This document shows, in pieces, positions 56,480-64,000 of a stretch of DNA of 64,000 bases. The DNA comes from Haliotis rufescens. Its lineage: Eukaryota. The stretch spans positions 41,602,001 through 41,666,000 of the forward strand of contig NW_025964372.1 in NCBI RefSeq assembly GCF_023055435.1. Reading direction: 5' to 3'. Position 1 is the first letter of the stretch; each line of letters starts with the position of its first letter. A program made the translations under genes and the position numbers. A model generated the notes under the pieces. That model was not told where the DNA came from. It searched no databases and worked only from the letters and a program-made list of their open reading frames with translations.

Positions 56480-57772
56480 CTAAGTCGATGGTGATTGGAG
56501 AATGTTTAGTATGGCATCCATTTCGAGCGTACATCTACCTCTGCATCTCCACAACGCTCTGACGAGCACAAGGCCAGTGGCAGATCTGCCATTCCTCTCC
56601 TTCCACTTTGTGAGCATGTGTAAGGTCTGCATATAGAGTGAATGTGGGTGTGAAACTTTGCCTTGTTCGACCGCCACAAGATTGAGTCCAAGTTCGATTC
56701 CAATAGATTCAAACCCTATCCCAATATGATTTGCCACCAGGCTGACACCTTTCTGAGAAACAGGGATTCTAAATCTATCCTCATTTACAGGGCCTACAAA
56801 ACAAATTAACATCACGTTTTATGATTTAAAAAATGTGAATGAAAATTATAGATGAATCTTGCGTTTTGAGTAATTTTGTTTTTGTCTTTTCAAAATTTCA
56901 TTTTAACACACACCTTACAAATCAGAACAAATACGGGAATATAGTACATCTTAATATATGCAGAGGAGAATACATATTCTCTCCACGTCTACGGTATAGC
57001 ATATGTGTACTTAAGATATTATGCGACGTTCATATTGTATATTTAACATAATCAAATTGATCAAGATGAAAAGGACATATTCAATGACATTAAATAAACA
57101 AACCTGCCAATGTGACCAATGGATTATATAAACGGATCATCTGGTTGTGTGGCTGGCGTAGTCTCTGGAAGGGAGATGTTTAGACCATCACATGTCATGT
57201 ATAAGATTAAATGTTGCAAGCTTATAAGATTAAATGTTGCAAGCTTATGTNNNNNNNNNNNNNNNNNNNNNNNNNNNNNNNNNNNNNNNNNNNNNNNNNN
57301 NNNNNNNNNNNNNNNNNNNNNNNNNNNNNNNNNNNNNNNNNNNNNNNNNNNNNNNNNNNNNNNNNNNNNNNNNNNNNNNNNNNNNNNNNNNNNNNNNNNN
57401 NNNNNNNNNNNNNNNNNNNNNNNNNNNNNNNNNNNNNNNNNNNNNNNNNNNNNNNNNNNNNNNNNNNNNNNNNNNNNNNNNNNNNNNNNNNNNNNNNNNN
57501 NNNNNNNNNNNNNNNNNNNNNNNNNNNNNNNNNNNNNNNNNNNNNNNNNNNNNNNNNNNNNNNNNNNNNNNNNNNNNNNNNNNNNNNNNNNNNNNNNNNN
57601 NNNNNNNNNNNNNNNNNNNNNNNNNNNNNNNNNNNNNNNNNNNNNNNNNNNNNNNNNNNNNNNNNNNNNNACGCGCACATCGACATGCAAACAATGTACT
57701 CGTTAGTTTCTAATAATTAAATTCACCTACCCGATACCCAGATCCGGACCAGCATGAGACATAATTCCCCAT
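56480..57772 (-). CDS. Myristoylated death-domain-only protein B2
   Basis: Exons 57772-57731 (MGNYVSCWSGSGYR), 57164-57104 (RLRQPHNQMIRLYNPLVTLA), 56793-56480 (DD). Confidence 0.85.
57251..57670. other. Assembly gap
   Basis: Run of N at the same intron position as the 35070 gap. Confidence 0.99.
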
Positions 57773-58748
57773 TGTCGGCTCTGTACATACGTTTTACCGT
57801 CTGCTGTGGGGATCTGCTGTCCGTTCAATCGCTCGCTATTTATGTAGGCTTTGTGAAGGGGATTTCCCTGAACTCGTTGAATGATTGTATACGGTATAGG
57901 TCAGGTCATCTTCAAGTCGGATTGTACGAATTTGTTCATCCACTATAGAATGTACTGTTTGATAATAACAGCTTCATGGACACTGACATTTTATTCGAGT
58001 CATCCCATACTACAAATAGCAGACTTGTACATTTGTCTTTAATGAATAATAGACTTGTTGGAATTGACATGCAATGACATAACTATGTTGCCTGAAATGA
58101 CTATTGAATGAAATTAAAACATCCTTGAAACATATATATGTATAACGTAAAACATTGTTATGTGAGTATTCAGTTTAGAGTACAGGGGGATGAACGGTGT
58201 AAGAATCATTTATCTCACAATAATTTCTGTTGCAGAAAACCAAAACAGCCGCGTGTTTATAGACGGGCGTTTATTGAAGCAAAACGCGAGAGCCGCGAGG
58301 TCGCGACACTTGAACAATGTCGCGTTCTCGTGATTTTAAGTCAATTGCCTATACAGTTATATGTCACTATTTTCGAAAGCGCGAGAACGCGAGATCGCGA
58401 CACTTGACCAATGTTGCAATCTCGCGTTCTCGTGCTTTTGTGTCAATTACCCATACAGTTATATGTAAATTCATTTGCCAAATCTCGCGTTCACGGGATC
58501 CCGCATTCTCCTGTTTAGGGCATAGTTAGCTCGTTTCGCTGTGATTAGACAAGGGTAAAACAACAGTATTATGCATGCAATATCTTTCCCAGGGTGTAGC
58601 AACTAAGATGACTGAGAGGTTATGCATGCTATACATCATAAATCCGAAAATCCGACTTGTTGTACATTGTACAATGTCATCTAGTTAGCGGAAACGTCTT
58701 AAGGCTGTGTGTGTGTGTTGTTTTGTTTGTGTGTGTCCGTGTATGTGC

Positions 58749-58798
<50 letters not shown>

Positions 58799-60800
58799 CG
58801 TGCGTGCGTGAGTGCGTTCACGAGTGCGTGCGTGTGTGTGTGTGAACGTACAAATGACCAACAACAACTTCAAACATTTCATGAAGATTTTTCTGCAGAA
58901 TGTTTCCTTCGCAAAAAAATAAATTTGAAAAGGACCACATTGTATTATATCCAGGAAATACTCAATGGGACAAAATTACGAGTTGAATGGGCTTGAAAAC
59001 ATGTAGAGGTACAGAAGAGGGAACAGTAGTGGTGGTGTGGATTGGCATACTGGGGAAATGATACAATCATGTTGTTAACCAAAGTAAGCTGTCTCGTCAT
59101 GTAAGTGAGCACCAACACACTTGAAGGTTGTCCTTTTCAATAGTACACAATATAAGATGAACATATATAGGTGAGTAAGTCAGTTCGCATTGAGAGCGAA
59201 ATATGACATGCTGCCTTTGAAAGTGATTTGCAATTCTATCCCATACTGTGACCTTTACAGGGAGATTTCACACCTCCTTATTCACTTACTTAAATGGATC
59301 GGGTGGTCATGCTTGGTGACTTGGTTGACAGCGTGGCGTAGTAACCCGATGATAGTGATCCCTGGATTCTCTGGTCGAGACTCGATACTTTACAGGCCAC
59401 CGTGATATGTCAGGAGTATTGCTGGTGGCGGCATTTTGCAACAACAAATAGCTTTTATTAAATTTGTGAGAGTGGCGGTTGCTTCTGGTAGAGCATTACA
59501 TGCTAATCATTCTGTGGATTACCTGGTGTCATCGCTGATTTTCATTGATTCATTCATTTACTTTTCATCACTATTTTGATATTTTCCATGCATAAAGAAA
59601 GTGACAGTATTTCAGGCTTCTTTATAATTGAGATCATTACTTGTAATTGTGTCATTCGAATTCTTTATCAAGCTAGTTGTAAAATCTAAAAGGGTATATT
59701 ATTGAATACATAAAATCGGATTTTCGAAACAACTAGAATTTTTACCACTACAAATCTGTTGCAATGGTACATAGATATGAGTGCAGTCACAACTTTATTT
59801 ACGCATGTTTCGTCATTACGCCAATCTTTTCCGCTATCCCTTTGCAGTCAGCATGCAAAAGCTTTCACATATTATCCTTCGATAGTTGTCTAAATGTTTT
59901 ATGGTAAAAGTGTAGAGGACTGGAGAGGATAGCCATTTCTTTGTCTGTGACGGGTGCCACCAGTGGGACAGGATACCTTTTCGCGAATTTCTGGTATCAT
60001 CTCCATGTGATTTCATACCTGAGAACCACTACCGCCCATCACCAGTATTTGCAAACTTCCAACCAGGAAATATTCTTACAAATAGAATACAGCTACTATA
60101 GAAAGTAAAAAACAAATTGTCGTCCATAATCAATCAGCAAGATTCTACGACCGGCAAACCCTTGTGAAATTGTTCAAAATAAGAGACAACAGATAAACAG
60201 CTCACTTGGAACAACATAACATGAATACTTTGACTGTTCAATCATGACCGGACATTGTAGAGTCAAATCATATTGTGAGACGCAATTATGTCTCCGGATT
60301 TTCGGATTACGGATGACGTTTAGGGCGCATGTAATCATCCCTCGCTAGTTCTTCCTCAAATATCACAAGAGACAGAAAGACAAGTAGTTACAAAAGGCAT
60401 CACAGCAATTTATTAAAAGCATTTATTCTCAACACATACAAATAGAATCACAATGTATTACAAACGGAAAAGATATTAATGTTCAAATGAAGAGTGTTCA
60501 GTTTGCAACTTGAGGAAACAGAAAATCAATCAGATCAGTCAGGATTCCAAATTATGTACAAAAGTCTCAGTGAACCTAGCATCGCGACTCGATATTTCAA
60601 AACGGGAACCCAATCAATCAATGATAACTGTACATGAGAAGACTGTTCAGTGCAGCGCTAGTATATGAGAGAACATAAATGTAGGCATGATTTCTCTGTA
60701 TGTTGTCGGGGAAACTCAGTGAAGCATTACTTATATACCCACTCGTGTATTCACAGCGTAAAGCAAGACAGCGTCAGGAGCATACAGCTCTCCGACTTGA

Positions 60801-61731
60801 TTACACAGACACAGTGGACGGTCCCTGAAGGATGTTGAGAATGTCCTCCCACTCAATGGTACACCTGTCATTGCAACTCCACAGTGCTCTGACAAGGACC
60901 AGGCTGGTTGCAGTTCTCCCGTTCTTCTCCTTCCACTTTGTAAGCATGTGTACAACTTGCATGTATAGTGAACATGGATGTGCGAAAGTCACTTGTTCGA
61001 TAACCACGAGAGTAAGTCCAAGTTCGATGCCAACAGACTCGAACCCGATCCCGATGTGACTTGCAACAAGGCTGAGATCTCGTCCCGACACAGGAGTATC
61101 CAGCATCTCGTCATTTACAGCATATGCTTGGTTCAGGTGTCTTGGCCCTACAACATTAAACTCACAATAAACTACCTATTTACTTGTGTACATTGTGTGT
61201 GATGGATGTAACAACACTCAGTTCGCTTTCATTATTCTAAATTAGCCTCACTAAACAAAAACAAAAAATACGACCCGTCCATCAATTCATCCACTCATCC
61301 ATATGGTAATGTGGAAAAAATCATTGTGGTACTCATAGAGCTATACTTCCTCAAATATTATAAGACAAACAGATCGTTTCAATTCAATGAAACTAAAAAA
61401 ATGAAACAATGTGTTCCAACGTACCTCTCTCTGCCGGGTCGCGTTTATAATGGCAATTTATCGAGTTCCCTGTGGTGGTCAGTCTCTGGAATCGAATAAA
61501 CACAGTTTTAAACACGATTGATAGCTACACTATCATAGCAATAGATCATCTTACATAAACTAAACTAAACAAAACAATGCAATAACAAATGCACGTGTAC
61601 ACACGCCGACGCGCATTATAAACATTGATACGTTAACGTTCGAATCGGGAAAAGACGTGAAATAAGCCTGTGGCTGTATATATACCCACCTGATATCGGA
61701 ATCTTGACCAGCATGAAACATTATTAGCCAT
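60801..61731 (-). CDS. Death-domain-only protein B3 (Gly2->Ala, predicted non-myristoylated)
   Basis: Exons 61731-61690 (MANNVSCWSRFRYQ), 61485-61425 (RLTTTGNSINCHYKRDPAER), 61147-60801 (GPRHLNQAYAVNDEMLDTP..DD). Confidence 0.85.
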
Positions 61732-61815
61732 GCTGTGAGTATCTTTGCTTCTACTTCACACACGTGTATCCCACAGCCAGCTGACACAGTCTGATACTGT
61801 CGACGGTTCTGACAA

Positions 61816-61849
61816 TCTTTATATATGGTAGTAGCATAAGGGGATTCCC
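61816..61849 (-). promoter_or_regulatory. TATA box (TATATAAAG) and kB site GGGGATTCCC upstream of B3
   Basis: kB consensus at 61840-61849, about 15-20 bp upstream of the TATA box. Confidence 0.55.
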
Positions 61850-64000
61850 CTGCCTTTGGTAGGGAATTGTCAGTCACAGGCAACTTACAACCGGTTTTGG
61901 GATCGCAGTTCGGATTTTAGGATTTCATTCGCCATATCAGGATGATAGGCATGGGTAAAATACTTGTGCCGGTAGTATAAACACTTGCGCCAGTCGTGTG
62001 TTTATAGCCTTTTAGAAGTTGGAAGAATGTGAAAAAATGAAAGGTGTTTGGATGACAACTTCTTGCCCGTTCATCGTGTGACGATGCAGGTGAAAGGTGA
62101 AGAAGTAGCCCTCAAATGTCGTAACAAACAATAGAGAAGTTGTGATCCATAAGAGTTTCACGTGTGTTTGGATCATACTTGCACGCAAGTCATATCGATA
62201 CTAGTCTTCCATGGGCCATCTGTCTTGTTCAGGTGCAGTAAATATTTATTTATTCAGTTAAATTGTCCATTTTGGCTTTCATCAGATCATCTGTAGATAC
62301 GCGTGTTCTCATTTTTCTTATCATCAATACACGGTATGCAGAAACTGATCAAGACAAGAACCATTAAAACCATTTCATCACATTTCTTTTGATGTTACGA
62401 TTATAAATGATTCTGTCTTCAGTCTATGTATTTTGGCAAGGATGTTCAAACAAAAACTTTTGCATATGATATATGTGTCTCAAAGCAATATTACCAAGGA
62501 ACATGATATGTATATACATCGGAAAGTGTTGGAAGCTTACGCCGTAATATTATCAATTAGATCAAACCGATGTACCACACTCAAATCATCGATCCGAAAA
62601 TCCGACAAAATGTTATACATGTAAATACATGTCGCTAGAGGAGCTGTACATACCGGAATGTGTACATAGGAACAGTTATGTTGCTGTGCGGATAAGGATA
62701 TGAGTTCGCGGGTAGTGTCAGTAGGGGGTGTATACGATTTTACGTGCTGAATGGGCTTGAAAATATGAAGAAGAAATGAGGGGAAATATGAGCAGTGATG
62801 TTGTTTGGTATATTGAGGAAATTATATAACATGTTGTCTACATTCACATGTCTCATCATATAAGTGTGCATCATATAAGTGTGCACAAAACACTTGAACT
62901 TGTGTAGTTGTCAATAGTGCATAAGATAACCATGCAGTGATCAATCCGTAGTGTTAAATTGACCTCCGCCAGAATAGATATAAATGATGTCTCACTGTGA
63001 CATGAGTGCATAACGAAGAACTTCGTTTGAACTAATTGTCTAGTGGAACGTTCCACTGTTTGATTGATGTCGATGTGCATGGGAAGCAGTTCAGTCACCT
63101 CGCATCTACTCCCGAAACATCCCGTGAAGACTGGGGGATCATGTGTAGTTAAAATTATGTTCATTATTATAAAAGGAATATCTGCTAAAACCTAATCTTC
63201 ATCAGCTGAAGAGGAATATGCAGAATGGTTATAGCATACAACAATGTACGATTATCCCAGATAAACTCAATATTTTATGGTTAATATATCGTACCCACGT
63301 TACACAGGCGAAGTGAGCATCAGAACAATTGTCAGATATTAAGTAATTGGTGACTGAATAAATTATACATTTGAAGTATACATGGGACAGGTTTTTGGAC
63401 CAATGAATTGAAATTTTCCATTTACAAAGAAAATATATTTACCTTCTTGTGTACCCGGACACAGGCTTACTTGAATGGCTTGACGATCGACTACGTCGGG
63501 TTCGATTCTCAACATGAAAATAACGTTTATGACAAGTTTGATGCGCTTGTGGTATGTGGACATAATAAATTAAAATGTTAAAAACCTTGGTATCACGACT
63601 GCATACAAAATAGTGGTTACTTTTATTATTCTGTTTCGTGTGAGAATTATGCATCACTTGTAGTTTGTGGTACTCTGTTAAAGTTAAATTGTGTGTAAAT
63701 AGTAAAGCGGGCGGTACGACGTTTCAGGACTTTCGGATTTTCGGACTGTCGTGAAAAGGCTTATTGAAAAGAAATGCATGTCGTTACGAATATGTTCTGA
63801 TTACTGTTTACAAACACTTGAATATTTTTTTATCATTGCTATCACTGTGAGGTGGAAGTATTATAAGCCTGCGGCTCGTGGTATTTAACATAGGGCCGGA
63901 CGCATTAAACCACATGACCCCCTCGTGGTACTGCTAAAACGAATTTATCTTACTGACATGTTACACTTGTTAAAGAATTGAAACAAAATCAAAATTGATA

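Larger units (their letters stand above)
46262..63497. repeat. Segmental duplication, copy B
   Basis: Collinear with copy A, with lineage-specific indels (e.g. about 47290-48680, 52705-53105, 57880-58215). Confidence 0.9.

Overview
AT-rich, intron-containing animal DNA, probably a mollusc judging by its SINE, LINE and protein families; this cannot be confirmed from the window. Four N-gaps are present. (1) 1-7.9 kb is transposon debris: a decayed Sola-like transposase exon, a 3' RNase H LINE fragment, SINEs and minisatellites. (2) 7.96-25.9 kb holds one 8-exon + strand gene that can be spliced in phase by eye. It encodes a CG-1-like DNA-binding domain, a Ulp1/SENP (C48)-like protease, the post-NTPase helical part of a STAND-like protein without its NTPase, about 25 near-identical 99-bp ankyrin repeats varying mainly at binding-surface codons, and a low-complexity tail. 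The 3' half of the ankyrin array carries frameshifts and stops. Intron 2 contains a 7.8-kb non-autonomous foldback element. (3) 26-64 kb is a roughly 18-20 kb segmental duplication carrying a - strand array of small 3-exon death-domain-only genes: six intact, one DD-truncated and several relics. Their 42-nt first coding exon, missed by the ORF track, encodes an N-myristoylation motif (MGNxxSC). Each has a kB-like site 86-116 bp upstream of the ATG and a nearby (TCCGAAAA)2 motif, and several have a TATA box. The most notable candidate system is this possibly NF-kB-inducible, membrane-anchored DD-only family lying tail-to-tail with a chimeric, repeat-diversifying ankyrin sensor-protease gene.
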